Origin: the human T2T-CHM13v2.0 reference genome, Homo sapiens
NCBI RefSeq assembly: GCF_009914755.1
Contig: NC_060925.1
Length of the DNA stretch: 64,000 bases
Reading direction: 5' to 3' (one strand)
The position numbers were made by a program, and so were the translations under genes. The notes below the pieces were generated by a model that was not told the origin of the DNA, made no database searches, and saw only the letters and a program-made list of their open reading frames with translations. Shown in pieces: positions 27,060 through 41,900 of this stretch (the first letter of the stretch is position 1; each line of letters begins with the position of its first letter).

Positions 27060-27300
27060 CCTCATTTACTGAGACCTTGATCTGTACTAGTTATTGTACT
27101 AATCGCTTCACATATGTTATTTTAATCCTCACACAAAAACACGCACAGACATATAGAACTCATATTATTATTCCCATTTTACAGATGAAGAAGCAGAAAC
27201 TCAGAGAAATTATATTTTTTGCCTAAGGTCAAACAGCTAGTAAGTGGTATAGCTGGGGTTTTAATGCAGGTCTACATGACTCTGAATCTCATACACTATA
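27060..27300 (-). mobile_element. MIR
   Basis: cccattttacagatgaagaagcagaaactcagaga..gcctaaggtcaaacagctagtaagtgg. Confidence 0.85.
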
Positions 27301-27408
27301 TTATCTGCTATCTGTTCATATATTCAAGAAATAAGTGAAGGTACCAAAAATAAGTTCATTCTTTCTGACCGCATTCCCCAATCATCCATCATTGACCACT
27401 GTGGTTTC

Positions 27409-27884
27409 TTTGGTAGGCTGAATGATGCCCCTTAGATGTGCCCACATCCTGACCTCAAAAACCTCTGAATGTTTCCTTGTATGGTAAAAGAAACTTTGCA
27501 GGTGTGATCCAGTCAAGGATCTTGAGATGAGGGGATTCTCCTACATTACTCAAGGAAGCACAATAAAGTCAAAAGGGTATTTACATGAAAGACATTGGAG
27601 AAGTCAGAGAGGAGTAGGAGACATGATGATGATGGAAGCAAAAGGTGGAAGTGATCCCAGGAAGGGGCCATGACCAAGGAGTGCAGGGGCCTCTAAGGGC
27701 TGAAAACGGCGAGGAAACTGATTTTTCCCTAGAGACTCCAGAAGAATCCAATGCCTTGATTTTAGCCCCATGAGACCCATTTTGGACTTCTGACCACCCT
27801 CCAGAATTGTAAGAGTTTATATTGTGTTCTTTAAACCACTAAATTTGTGGTAATTTGTTACAGTGGCAACAGGAAACTAATACA
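27409..27884 (+). mobile_element. MLT1D-like MaLR solo LTR
   Basis: tggtaggctgaatgatgcccc...aaatttgtggtaatttgttacagtggcaacaggaaactaataca. Confidence 0.85.
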
Positions 27885-28379
27885 CTTAGAAATCATTCAG
27901 ATTCACTTCAAGATATTTCAAGCTGTCATAGGAGTAGTAGTTACATTTCCAACAGCGAACAATAGCTAAGTAATGCCAAATCCAGAACTAGAATCCAGAT
28001 CTCTTGACCGCCTCAGTGCTAGGCTCTTTCCACTACACATAGCTGTCAACAAGTATAAGTCTCTGAAGTAATAGCTATAGAGAATTTAAAATCAAGTAAA
28101 ATGTAGACATTAAAAGTGGACACCTTGTTTCCAAGGGAGCACTGTGGTTCTGTTACAGAGAATACCCCAAGATATACAAAGAAATCTTTCTGCACTTAAA
28201 CTTCTATACTGGCTATTTGTGATGTAGAACAATTCAGGTTTGATTCACCTGCACTAGCAATGCTATCTACATATACGAATGTGCTCTTAATACAAATCAC
28301 TTTTACAGGGCAAGGACAATTTTTAAAATGTATTATTGAATTTTGAAAATGTTAATAATGTTAAAAAAATTTACTGAAT

Positions 28380-29220
28380 TTGAAATCAGAATGCAGTTCA
28401 ACTCTCAACTCTGCCATTAGCTCTATGACCTGAAAAAGTCAGTTCACCTCTCTAGGTCAGATTACTTATCCATGGAATGGCCCGCATAGTCCATTACAGA
28501 TCTCCTGTGCTAGACTAATGCAGGCAGTGCTCTCCTAAGGAGATGGTGCTGTCCCAATACAGACACTGGGCTGATTCTAGAAAGAGAAGCCTTGACATTC
28601 ACCAAGTGCCTCCTGTGAGCTGTGCACCACAGCTTCACTTCTGTGGCTTTGGTCAATATTCACAATACACAAGGTTGCATTATGACACATATTTTACAGC
28701 TGAGGAGACACATACCCAGAGAGCTCAAGTAACACACTCAAATTCATGCAGCACATGCTAGTTACAACTAGTTCTGTCTGACTTGAAATGTGGTCTGTGA
28801 CACTGTAATCACTTACCTAAAGATTAAATAAGAGTGACTCACACTCTGACAACACTTTTCAGGTTGCAGACACTTCCACACTCATTAGTTAATTTAAACC
28901 CATCAAGAACCCCATGTCAAAGCCAAGGAATATGAAAAACAGGATCAGATATATTTCAGGAACCTGTCTAAGGTAACGCAGGAAATGACAGAGACGGTGG
29001 AAGTTGAATTCAGGTCTCTCTGATGCCATGCCCTTTCCAGTATGCCTCAGCACCCTACTCTACCACCACTAAAGGGATCTCGGAAAAATCACTTAATATC
29101 TTTAAACTTCAACTCCCTTTACTAGAAGCTCTTAATTATAATACCTACCCCTGGCATCATCCTGAGGGTTAGGGAACTCATAGAAAGTATTTTGCAAGTG
29201 TTTATGAACATACAAATGAC
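28380..29220. mobile_element. Cluster of MIR fragments, both orientations
   Basis: ctctgccattagctctatgacctg; attttacagctgaggagaca; other MIR-like cores. Confidence 0.55.
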
Positions 29221-30084
29221 AGGGTGTTTCAGCTTTACTTGAGCAATGACCATTTGTGTTATCCAAATTGGCTTCTTCTTTAAAAGTTTAGACAGAACTA
29301 TCAAAACAAATTGGGGACTAAATACCTCTGTGATGTACACTTCTATAAGGCCTGGCACAGGATGAAGGCTCAATAAACGTGTGTTTTCTATTTTTGGTAA
29401 GCAAAGAGGCTTTAATCAATAGCTGTCCAGAATGACAATTGTAGCAAATCCTGATCATGGATAACAGCATCTAGAATAATAGCCAGTCCATCAACTCATG
29501 TTAAAACCACAAAACCACATCCCTGCTGTGCTAGGGAAGCATCCTTTTGTCCTGAATGAAGTTCAGTATAATATTGAAACTTCTGTGAGAAGGATAAATC
29601 CAGAACAATTAAAAATAAAAATTATTGTGTTAGGACAGGTCACACAAGTAGTTTTCCTGGTGATACCTCTGTGATACTGGTAATGAAGATATTATGTGGT
29701 TAGTAGACACATCATCAACCACAAAGAAAGAGCTGTGTGCCATAGCAAACCGGCCATACCACTAAGCTTCTACTACCTGAATGCCCCTATCGTGTGGAGT
29801 CACGTGGAAATGTAACATGGGTTCTTTTTTGTTTGAGACTGACCTGGGTTTTATAAATCATTAAATTTTCTTTCAGAGCAATTGGATTAACTTTTGTTGT
29901 AAGTAAAATGCAACTTCTTTTGGTTTGTTTAGAACAATGTATGTATGGTATGTGGGAGGAGAAGAAGGAGAGGGGAGAAAAGGAGAAGCAGGAAGGGGAA
30001 GAAGATAAGCAAAAGGGAAATGAGATAAAAATGGCCATTGTGAAATAAATGTTTTAATTCAAGAGAAAGACAAAATATTTCTAA

Positions 30085-30238
30085 ATTTTTTTTAACTTTT
30101 ATTTTAGGTTTCGGGGTACATGTGCAGTTTTATTATGTGGTAAATTGCCTATCACAGGGGTTTTATGTGCAGATTATTTCATCACCCAGGTGATAAGCAT
30201 AGTACGTGATAAGTAGTTTTTTGATCCTCTCTCCTCCG
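30085..30238 (-). mobile_element. Short L1PA15/16-like 3' end
   Basis: ttttaacttttattttaggtttcggggtacatgtgcag; TSD tctaaatt on both sides. Confidence 0.85.
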
Positions 30239-31085
30239 GCTCTAAATTGTTATGTATGTAATAACAGAGCCTCAAAATAAATTCTCAACAAATTTCAAAG
30301 GGACAAAGTCATATAGAGTATATATTTGGCCACAATAAATTAAGAAATCAGTAATGAAAAGGAGCTTGAAATAAAAACACATATTTTAAATGACCCATGT
30401 GTTACAAGAAGTCATGATGAGAGTTAAAAAATATTTGAACCCTTCTTTGCAATGATAAATGGATATATCCTTCTTTATTTTGTACAAAAGTCTCTGTGTT
30501 TATTTTGTGGTTTCTAAAATGCTGGGCATACCTCTGCTTGGTTGAAAAAAAAAAAAAACAGCATGGTACTTTCATACTGAGTGTAATTCTCTGCTTTATA
30601 GAAACAAATTCTGAAAATCAGGATTGAATCTCCATTTGCTTAACATTAATAACCTCCCGCTCTGTCTCAAGTTAGTTGGTGTTGGCTACAAGCCAGGTTT
30701 ATATTTTAAAATAACAGTGGAAGAAAGCTTTGTACTGTGGTTATCAATTGCTGAAGGAAAAAAAAAGTCTTTTTAATGAAATTTTCTATATGCCAAGATA
30801 GGTGTTTATGAGTAAAGACAATATTGTAGTCAAAATAGTTTCTTAACCTGATATAGTATTGTTAGCTTGCTAGAATTAAAATAATTTTACTTTCAAGATG
30901 TTATACATTAACTAGCCCCAAAGGAACAACTTTAAAAAAATTTCCTTTAATGATAGATTTATTTGTTGACAATTTTTTATACTAGCATTGTAGTTCAATT
31001 TGATTATGAATTAATAACCTGTGTATTTAAAATAATCATAAATGTTGCTGAAGAATCACAGGTGGTACATTTAAAAAATGTTTCT

Positions 31086-31403
<318 letters not shown>

Positions 31404-33769
31404 TTAGACATTTTGAAATATGCAGGATCATTTCAACTTATTCAAGGTAATAGGAATGATTTAAATTCATATACATCCCCAAAGTTGCTTTTTCCTGATG
31501 AAGCCCTTGCCATGCACACATCCTGAAGTTGGAAGACAAAAGTTTAAGTCCTACTTCCACCATGCACTAGCTGAATGGTTAAACTCTGAGCATGCTTCCT
31601 TACTGATTGTATGAGTATAATGGTGATACCTAAAAGGTTTATTTTTTTATCAAATTCTGAAATGACTAATAAAACATTTTATGAATTATAAATATAAATT
31701 AGGACTGAATACTAATAAATGACAAAACAGACACGTTTGTTTCAAGTTCTAAAAGAAGTTATTGACATTAAAAAACAAAGAGAATACTCACATTGTACAT
31801 TTCTCTGTGTTCTGTTACCATATTGAGAAAGCAAAGAAGAATATTTAGAACACTCAGTAAATGAAAGGCATGGTTTAACCTGGAATAACTGAATCTGTGA
31901 AATAATGAGGAGCTTCAAAAATTGTCTCCAGATTATTTCTCATGCTGACTCTAGCTGGAATATGTTAGTACAGTTTAGCAAAAAAAATTATGAATGCCCT
32001 GCCACATGAAGTTGACAGATAATGTTGTGTGTTAGAGAAACTATAAAGATGAATAAGGTAAAATTTCTGTCTTCAAGAGCAAAGAGTAATGAAGGTCTTA
32101 GTTATGCATTATCAGCTGGGATAGTTGGCTCCAAAATTATTTACCCCTTACCTCTCTCTCATTATCTCCCTCTCTCTTTCTCTCTCTCCCTCTCTCTCGT
32201 TATACATCTGCATATATTAAATCTATGCATGTATACATGAACAATTGAATATATGCTCATACATATTCTTAACAGCCTCTAGAATCATTCCTTGCAAAAT
32301 TACATATTTTTGTCTCATTCCTTCTATTTTAGTAAAGGGCATCATCATCAACCTGGCTGTTTAAACTACAGGGAGCCTAGGAAAATACAAGTTAAAATAA
32401 CTATTATGTTATAAATGTGCTTGAAATCATAAGGGAAGATAATAATAATAGTTCATAATAATTGAATGCTTATAGACCTTATATTGCCCATCTCATTGCA
32501 GCTTCAGAACAATGCTGATGGGGTGGTAACAAACCACCCCAAGCTATATATAATAGGTAACCGAAACACCTAGAAAACTGGTTCCCATACTATATTTCAC
32601 ATTGAGCTACAGGAGCAAAAGCCATGAATGTATAATCACTTGCTCAGTTTTTTAATCAAGTTGAAGCTAAATAACAACATCTTATTGTTTGCAGCTTTGT
32701 GGTGACTATAAATCTTTTGTTAATATAATGCCGGTAGTGATTTATTTTTGCTGTTTAAATTCATAAATTGCAGGATTCTAGGCAAACGTCGCACTTACCC
32801 CTCAAGGGTAATATACCAAATTTTAAAAGGTTATGATAAAAATCCTGAGTCTTTCAAGAGATATGACTGAAAAACTGGGATACCTAAACAAATTATAAAT
32901 AGAAAATGATTCATCTCGAAGTCTTTTTCAGTTTATTTAGTTTAAAACATCATAAATTAAATTTAGTGAAGCTGGAGAGTTTGAGAAAAAGAATAAGAAA
33001 AGACAAACAAAAATCAGAAATTGTTTTACAATAGCTGGAGACAGAGTGAGATTAATTTTTTTATTTTAATTCGTGCCAACCTGGGAAAGAGATGAATAAA
33101 TGAGCTCCAAAACCTACCTTCATCCACAGAGTGGGCATTCATTTTTACCTTCTCCTCCACTAAAGTTAAACAAGAGCTACTTAGGTGAGCAGTATTTCCC
33201 TGGGCTGCATTCCAAATTCCAACCAACCTTCCATGGTCATCTGGTGAAATTAGAAATGGCCAGAATATAGACAAAACCAAAGACTAAGAAAGATTCCTGA
33301 ATATTAAGAGACATTTTAAATGCACAAAATGTTTACTCCAAAAACCTCTGCAGAAATTCTGGAAATAAAAGCCTTCTGTCTGCCTCATATGTCACTCTAT
33401 TTATCTTTAGAGCTGATGGTTGACTAGGATGGTTTGAGAGTCCTGTCTCCTCTAAGTCTCATGTATTGCTGCCAGTGCTACGAGGTCAACCCATGAGGAC
33501 AATATTCCTCTCCAAGCATACATGAGTAACTGCAGTTCCCTAAACTTTTCTTCTCTAAAAAAGGTCTATTTGTATCAGAGTATTCAGGAAATATCTTGAA
33601 ATTCTATTAAATGACAAGGAACCTCACATTCCAAAAATCTCTAGCTTTTTGACCCTTCCAAATCTATTTATGTATTAATCTAACAAACCTAAGTGATATA
33701 ACAAATTTAAGAAATAATCAATGTATGCCCTAAGCTCTGAGCTAGAAAACAAATGTTAAAAGTAAAGAA

Positions 33770-33983
33770 AACATGGACACAGGGAGGGGAAAATTACACA
33801 CTGGGGCCTGTTGGGGGGTGGGGGTCTAGGGCAGGGATATTATTAGGAGAAATATGTAATGTAGACGACAGATTGTTGGATGCAGCAAACCATCATGGCA
33901 TGTGTATACCTATGTAACTAACCTGCACATTCTGCACATATATCCCAGAACTTAAGGTATAATAATAAAAAAAAAGAAAAAAA
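33770..33983 (+). mobile_element. 5'-truncated L1PA7/8-like 3' end
   Basis: acatggacacagggagggga..aatgtagacgacagattg..cccagaacttaaggtataataataaaa. Confidence 0.88.
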
Positions 33984-34451
33984 TGAGACAATGAACTTTC
34001 TAAAAAATAAAGAAAAGCAAAGAAATTTGCCAACTATATAAATCTTTATCTGTAAAATTAATTATTTAGATAAGAATCTCAATCATTACAATCAGCACAA
34101 AAAGTGATTTTGCTGAATGGAGTTCTCTGATACAAAATGAAATAATAATATACTATATTTTTCTTAAATTCCAATTTGTTTTATCTTTAGTAGTTAACAT
34201 AAGCATGTGGTTCAAAATTCAAAAGGTATATAACATAAAAAGTCAAATTTCTAACCTGTCTTCCCTCTATCCAGTTTCTCTGCCTACAGTTGCTTATGTA
34301 CTCTTCTCAAGATATTTTATGCCTTTACAGGCATATATTCCCCACCCCTACCACCACAGGTTTTTAAAATATAAGTGGCTGCCTTATATTTGTATATTAT
34401 TCTACAATGCACATTAAGATAAATGTGCACTTATGTTTTTAAGTTTCAGAT

Positions 34452-34621
34452 CTCCTTGAGGTAGTCATTTGTTCGCATTTTACAAATAAAGACACAGAAA
34501 ACATTTAAAATACTTGTCCACGGGCAGAGATCAACACTCCTTGAGGTAGCCATTTACTTCAGTTTCACAAATAAGGGCACTGAGAAAACGTTAAAACACT
34601 TGCCCAAAGGCAGAGACAACA
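34452..34621. repeat. Diverged 85-bp tandem duplication (MIR-like core)
   Basis: Units start ctccttgaggtag at 34452 and 34537 and end ggcagaga(t)caaca. Confidence 0.85.
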
Positions 34622-34684
34622 AGTAAACCTACCTCTTCTTATTCCAATTAACATTCCTTTCACTGCACTCCAGCATCTTTATTT

Positions 34685-35050
34685 ATTATTCATTCATCCA
34701 TCTATTTATTTTCCAAATATATACTAAGTTCTCATTCTATGCAAAAAAAAAAGTTAGGTATTTTGGAATGTGTATATTTTGGTAATACACAATTTCTTCT
34801 TCCTAAGCTTAATTGTATAGCAGAAATAAAACAGATATAAACCACATAGATGGTTACAGTGATTTTAAGACTGTAAAATAAATATGGAGATCCTAAAGAG
34901 AAAACAACTATTTTGCCTGGAGATATCAAAAAAAGGCTCATGGTGAAAATAACATTTTTGTCAAGTCTTGAACTACAAATAGAATAGGAAAAATTAAAAC
35001 ATACCTGTACAACTAAAATGTTTGTTTGCAGAGCATTATACACAAAACAG
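34685..35050 (-). mobile_element. L2 fragment
   Basis: ttattcattcatccatc..aggctcatggtgaaaataacatttttgtcaagtcttgaa. Confidence 0.5.
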
Positions 35051-35906
35051 AGGTCTTTAATTAAGTAAATAAAACATTGTCCAGAGAAATAAAACGTGAA
35101 ACCCCCATATTTCATTAATTCATTCAATAGTCTTCCCTTATTCAAAATCAGAATAGGTATAAATATGGATTTTTTATAGAGAGTATACCATATTTTGGAC
35201 ATTCAATAAAAAAGTAAAACACACTCATCTAGTAATGGCAAAGTAATCAGACCAATCATTCCACTGAGAACAGATAAAAAGAAGTGAAAAAGCTTATGCA
35301 AACATGGATCTCACAGCATCTAAGGACTAAAAATATAGAGAAAAATTAGGTGGCCAAATTCTGGGAGAAACCCAGAGTTAAACCAGGTACCTCAGGCTGA
35401 TTTTCCCCTAGGGATATCTGCCAATTCCAGGAGACACAAGCTAAGCAAGGATGTAAACAGATTTCATAGTTAGTAGGACAAAATTGGGGTTCAAGACCTG
35501 CCAAGGATTGAGGATCCTGATGGACTACAGGTCTTTTGTTAGAACCCTAAAGGGCACTACAGTAGGAGGAAGGTAATACTAGAAATTGACAGGGCTTTGC
35601 AGGGACTGATATTCAGCTTAATACACTAATTCCTGAATATATATCTGGATTTGTAAACATAAATCATTTCTAGAAGAACATGACATCATTCTAAACTTCT
35701 AACAATCTCTATAATTTTCAAATACAATTTTGAATGACCAATAATTGAAAGTAATAAGACATATCATGAGGCAAGACACATACGCAAAATAAGAAAGTAG
35801 ACCCACATGAGATACAAATAATGGTTACTAAACATGTACTTTTTAAAAAACCATGATGAATATGGTTAAGAAAATTGTTTTTAAAGATTTGGAAGGTAGA
35901 ACATCA

Positions 35907-38900
35907 GGGAGGGTCCAAGATGGCCAATTAGAAGCAACTGTGGTCCACAGCACTCACAGAGAGTAACAAAAAAGGTGAGTGAATACAGCACCTTCAAATG
36001 AAATACCCAGGCTCTTGCCAAGGGAACCCCCATCCCTAGCCAAGGGAAGCCATGAGTGATTGTGCAACCCCAGGAAACCAGGCTTCTCCCATGGATCTTT
36101 GTAACCCATGGATCAGTAGATTCCCTTTGTGAGCCCATACCACCAGGGCCTTAGGTCCAACACACTGAGCTATGTGGAGTCTTGGCAGAGCAGCTGTTCA
36201 GGCATGCACAGAGACCCAGGTGCTTTACGTACTCCGGCACTGGGATTTCCAACAAACATGTTTGCAACTCAGGCAAGGCAAGAGGTCTGCACATACCCCT
36301 AGGAAGTGGTCAGAATCCAGGGAGCTGAGCAGCATTGTTCTGCAGGCCGCACTTCCACGGCACCTGAAAAGATAAGACCCACTGGCTTGGAATTCCAGCC
36401 AGCTACCAGCAACAGGGTGGAGCTTGCCTGAGACCAGATGGAGCCCCAGGGGGAAGGGTGGGCACCATCTCTGCTGTTTGGTCAACAGCTGTTCCAGCCC
36501 ATAGGCTTTGGAGAGTCCAAACAGTTGGGACAAGTAATGGTCCCCCTAGCAGCACAGCATACTGGCTTTGCCAGATCATGGCCAGACTGCTTCTTTAAGT
36601 AGGGCCCAATCCATTCCTCCTCAATGGGCAGGACCATACAGCCAGGCCCTCCAGCCAGCCTGCCCTCACCTCTTATGGACAGAGCTCTGATCTCCCCATA
36701 AGATGGAGTACCCAGGGGAGGGGAGGGCCACCACCTGGGTTGGTTGAATAACTCAGCCATTCCAGCCTGTGGGCTTTAGAGAATCCAAGCAGACAGGAGC
36801 AGAGGAAGTTCCCCAACACAACACAGCTGTTTTGTTGAGGTGTGACAAGACTGATTCTTTAATCGGGACCTTGATTCACTCCTTCTTACAGGGCAGGCCC
36901 TCCCACTGGTATTCTCCCAGCTGGGGCCTCTAGCCACCCCCACCCATATTCTACCAGCCAACAGAGCCCTAATTTCTCCCTGGGACAGAGTGCCTGAGGG
37001 TCAGGGCAGGCTGCCACCTTGGCCATTCAGGCTTCTCAGCCAGTCCACCCTGTGTCCTTTGGAGAGCCCAAACCAATTGGGAGCTGAAGGGATCCCCAAC
37101 ACAGCACAGCTGCTCTACTAAAATGCAGCCAGTCTGCTTCTTTAAGGGAGTCCCTAATCCTGTTCCTCCTAACTGGGTGAGATCTGCCAACCATGGTCTC
37201 CAACTACTTCCTACAGGCACCCTTGGGCCAGCAATAGGTCAGTCTCACCTGGAACAGAGCTTCCAGAGGAAGGGGCAGGCTGCCATCTTTGCCTTTTTAC
37301 AGCCTTCACTGGTGATACCCCCAGGTACGGGAAAAACTAAGGCAACTAGGGTCAGGAGTAGCACCCCAGCAAACCACAGCAGACCTATGGAAGAGTGGCC
37401 AGACTGTTAGAAGAAAAACAAACAAACAGAAAACAATAACCACCACCACCAAAAAAAAAAAAAAAATCTGAAAGTCAGCAACCTCAAAAATCAAAGGCAG
37501 ATAAGCCCACAAAGATGAGAAAGAATCATTGCAAAAATGCTGAAAACTCAAAAAGCCAGAGGGCCCTTTTTGTTCCAAATGACTGCAACACTTCTCCAGC
37601 AAGGGCTCAGAATTGGGCTGAGGCTGAGATGGCTGAAATGACAGAAGTAGGCTTCAGAATGTTGGTAATAACTAACTTCACTGAGCTAAAGGAGCATGTT
37701 GTAATTCAATGTAAAGAGGTTAAGAATCATGATAAAATAATGTGTGAGCTGACAGCCAAAATAGCCAGTTTAGAGAGGAATATAACTGACTTGTTAGAGC
37801 TGAAAAACACACTACAAGAACCTCACAATGCAATAAATCATGAGTATTAATATCAGAATAGACAAAACAGAGAAAAGAATCTCATAACTTAAAGACTATC
37901 TTTCTGAAATAAGACAGGCAGACAAAAATACATAAAAAGGATGAAAAGGAATGAACCAAACTTCTGAGAAATATGGGATTATGTAAAGAGACTGAATCTA
38001 CAACTGATTGGGGTACCTGAAAGGGACAGTGAGAATGGAACCAAGTTGGAAAACATACTTCAGGATACCATCCAAGAGAACATCCCTGACCTAGCAAATC
38101 AGGCCATCATTCAAATTCAGGAAATGCAGAGAACCCCGGTAAGATACTCCATGAGAAGATCATCCCCAAGACATATAATCATCAGATTCTCCAAGGTCGA
38201 AATTAAAGAAAAAATGTTAAGGGCAGCTAGAGAGAAAAGCCAGGTCACCTACAAAGGGAAGCCCATCAGACTAAGAGTGGACCTCTGGGTGGAAACCCCA
38301 CAAGCCAGAAGAGATTGGGGAAAGACTTTCAATTCTTAAAGAATTCTTAAAGAAATTCATAAAGAAAAGAATTTCCAACCCAGAATTTCATATCCAGCCA
38401 AACTAAGCTCCATAAGTGAAGGAGAAATAAGATCCTTTTCAGACAAGCAAATGCTGAGTGAGTTCATTACCACCAGACCTGCCTTGCAAGAGCTCCTGAA
38501 AGAAGCACTAAATATGGAAAGGAAAAATTGTTACTAGTGACTACAAAAACACACTGAAGTACACAGACTAGTGACATTATGAAGCAACCACATAAGCATG
38601 TCTATAAAATAACTAGCTACCAACATGATAGGATCAAATCCACACATAGCAATCCTAACCTTAAATGTAAATGGGCTAAATGCCTCAATTAAAAGACCCA
38701 GAGTGGCAAGCTGGATAAAGAGCCAAGACCCATCAACATGCTGTCTTCAAGAGACCCATCTCACATGCAAAGACACACATAGGTTCAAAATAAACGGATG
38801 GAGGAAAATCTACCAAGCAAATGGCAAACAGAAAAAAGCATGGGTTGCAATCCTAGTTTCTGAACAGATATTAAACAAACAAAGATCAAAGAAGACAAAG

Positions 38901-41900
38901 AAGGACACTACATAATGTTAAAGGGTTCAATTCAACAAGAAAATCTAACAATCTTAACTATATATGCACCCAACACAGGAGCACCCAGATTCATAAAGCA
39001 AGTTCTTAGAGGCTTTTATAGAGACTTACACTCCCACACAATAATAATAGGAGACTTTAACACCCCACTGACAATATTAAACAGATCATTGAGACAGAAA
39101 ATTAACAAAGATTTTCAAGACCTCAATTCAGCTCTGGATGAAGTGGACCTGATAGATGCCTACAGAACTCTTTACCCAAAAACAACAGAATACACATTCT
39201 TCTCATCCCTACATGGCACGTACACTAACATTGATCACATAATCAGAAGTAAAATACTCCTGAGCAAATGCAAAAGAATTGAAATCATAAACAGTCCTTC
39301 AGACACAGCACAATCAAATTAGAAACTAATATTAAGAAATTCCCTCAAAATAGCACAACTACATGGATATTAAACAACCTACTCTGGAATGACTCTTTGG
39401 TAAATGATGAAATTAAGGCAGAAATCAGTAAGATTTTGAAACCAATGAGAACAAAGAGACAGCACACCAGAATCCCTGGGACACAGATAGAGCAACGTTA
39501 AGAGGGAAATTTATAGCACTAAATGCAGAGACATCAAAAAGCTTTGCCCACATCAAAAAGCTAGAAAGGTCTCAAGTTAACAATCTAACATCACAACTAA
39601 AAGAATAGAGAACTAAGAGCAAACAAACACCAATGCTAGCAGAAGACAAGAAATAACCAAAATCAGAAATGAACTGAAGGACATAGAGACACACACACAC
39701 TCTTCAAAAAATCAACAAATGCAGGAGTTGGCTTTTTGAAAAAAATAATGAAATAGACCACTAACCAGACTAATAAATAAGAAAAGAGAAAAGACTCAAA
39801 TAACACAATAAGAAATAATTTGGGGGTATCACCACTGACCAACATAAAAGAAACCATCAGAGAATACTATAAACACCTTTATGCACATAAACTAGAAAAT
39901 CTAGAAGAAACTGATAAGTTCCTCAACATGTACATCCTCCCAAGACTAAACCAGGAAGAAACTGAATTTCTACATAGACCAATAATGAGTTCTGAAATTG
40001 AGGCGGTAGTAAATAGCCTACCAACAAAAACAACAACCAAAAAAAAAAAAAAAAAAAAAAAAAAGCCCAGGTTCAGACAGGTTCACAGCTGAATTCTACC
40101 AGAGATACAAAGAACACCTGGTACCATTTCTACTGAAACTATTCCAAAAAACTGAAAAGGGGGGACTTCAACCCTAACTCATTCTATGAGGACAGCATAA
40201 TTCTGATACCAAAACCTAGCAGAGATACAACAAAAAAAGAAAAATTCAGGCCATTATCTTTGATAAACATTGATGCAAAAATCTTCAACAAAATACTTGC
40301 AAACTAAATCCAGCAGCACATCAAAAAAGGCATATCCACCACAATCAAATAGGCTTATCCCTGGGATGCAACGCTGGTTCCCCATACACAAATCAATAAA
40401 CGTGATTCATCACATACACAGATCTCAAGAAAAAAACACATAATTATCTCAATAGATACAGAAAAGGCCTTCAATAAAATTCAACACTCCTTCATGTTAA
40501 AAACTCTCAATAAAGTAGGTATCAAAGAAACATACCCCAAAATAAGAGTCATATATGACAAACCCACAGCCAATATTATACTGAATGGGCAAAAGCTGGA
40601 AGCATTTCCCTTGAAAACTGGCACAAGGCAAGGATGCCCTCTCTTAGCACTCCTATTCAACATAGTATTGAAAGTCCTGGCCAGAACAATCAGGCAAGAG
40701 AAAGAAATAAAGCATATTCCAATAGGAAGAGAAAAAGTCAAATTATCTTTGTTTGCAGATAACATGATCCCATATCTAGAAAACTCCATTGTCTCAGCTC
40801 AAAAGCTAATTAAGCTGATAAGCAACTTCAGCAAAGTCTCTAGATACAAAATCAATGTACAAAAATTACTAGCATTTCTAGACACCAATAACAGGTGACC
40901 TAAGAGCCAAATCAGGGATGAACTCCCATTCACAATTGCTACAAAGAGAATAAAATACCTAGGAATACAGCTAACAAGAAAAGCAAGCGACCTCTTCAAG
41001 GAGAACTACAAACCACTGCTCAAAACAAACTGAGATTATACAAACAAATGGAAAAATATTCTGTGCTCATGGATAGGAAGAATCAAGATTATTAAAATGG
41101 CCATACTGCCCAGAGCAATTTACAAATGCAGTACTATTCTCATTAAACTACCATTGACATTTTTCACAAAATAAAAAAAAACTATTTTAAAATTCATATG
41201 GAACTAAAATAGAGCCTGAATAGCCAAGACAATCCTAAGCAAAAAGAATCTACAGGGAGGCATCACGCTACCGGACTTCAAACTATTCTATAAGGCTACA
41301 GTAATTAAAACAGCATGATAATGGTACAACAACAGACACATAGACCAATAGCACAGAATAGAGAACCCAGAAATAAGACCACACATTAAACACCACTTGA
41401 TCTTCAACAAACCTGACAAAAACAAGCAATAGGGAAAGGAGTCCCTATTTAATAAATAGTGCTGGGAGAACTGGCTAGCCATATGCAGAAAATTGAAACT
41501 GGACCCCTTCTTTACACCATATACAAAAATCAGCTCAAGATGGATTAAAGATATAAATGTAAAATCAAAAACTATAAAAACCCTACGAAAAAATCTAGGC
41601 AATACCATTCAGGACATAAGCACTGGCAAAGATTTCTTGATAAAGATGCGAAAAGCAAAGATTGACAAATGCAATCTAATTAAACAAAAGAGCTTCTGCA
41701 CAGCAAAAGAAACTATCATCAGAGTGAACAGACAACCCACAGAATGGGAGAAAATTTTTGCAATCTATCCATCTGAAAAAGGCCTAATATCCAGCACCTA
41801 CTAGGAACTTAAACAAATTTACGAGAAAACAAACAACCCCATTAAGAAGTGGGTAAAGGACATAAACAGACACTTCTCAAAAGAAGACCACATGCAGCCA

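Noticed and set aside
30440-31080. Processed-pseudogene 3'UTR fragment
   Set aside because: It looks UTR-like in composition, but I see no recognisable parent, poly-A tail or TSD.
34452-34621. CRISPR-like repeat array
   Set aside because: Only two diverged units, no spacers, and a eukaryotic context.
34732-35202. 156-aa hydrophobic ORF
   Set aside because: Antisense reading of A-rich, L2-derived DNA with no recognisable domain.
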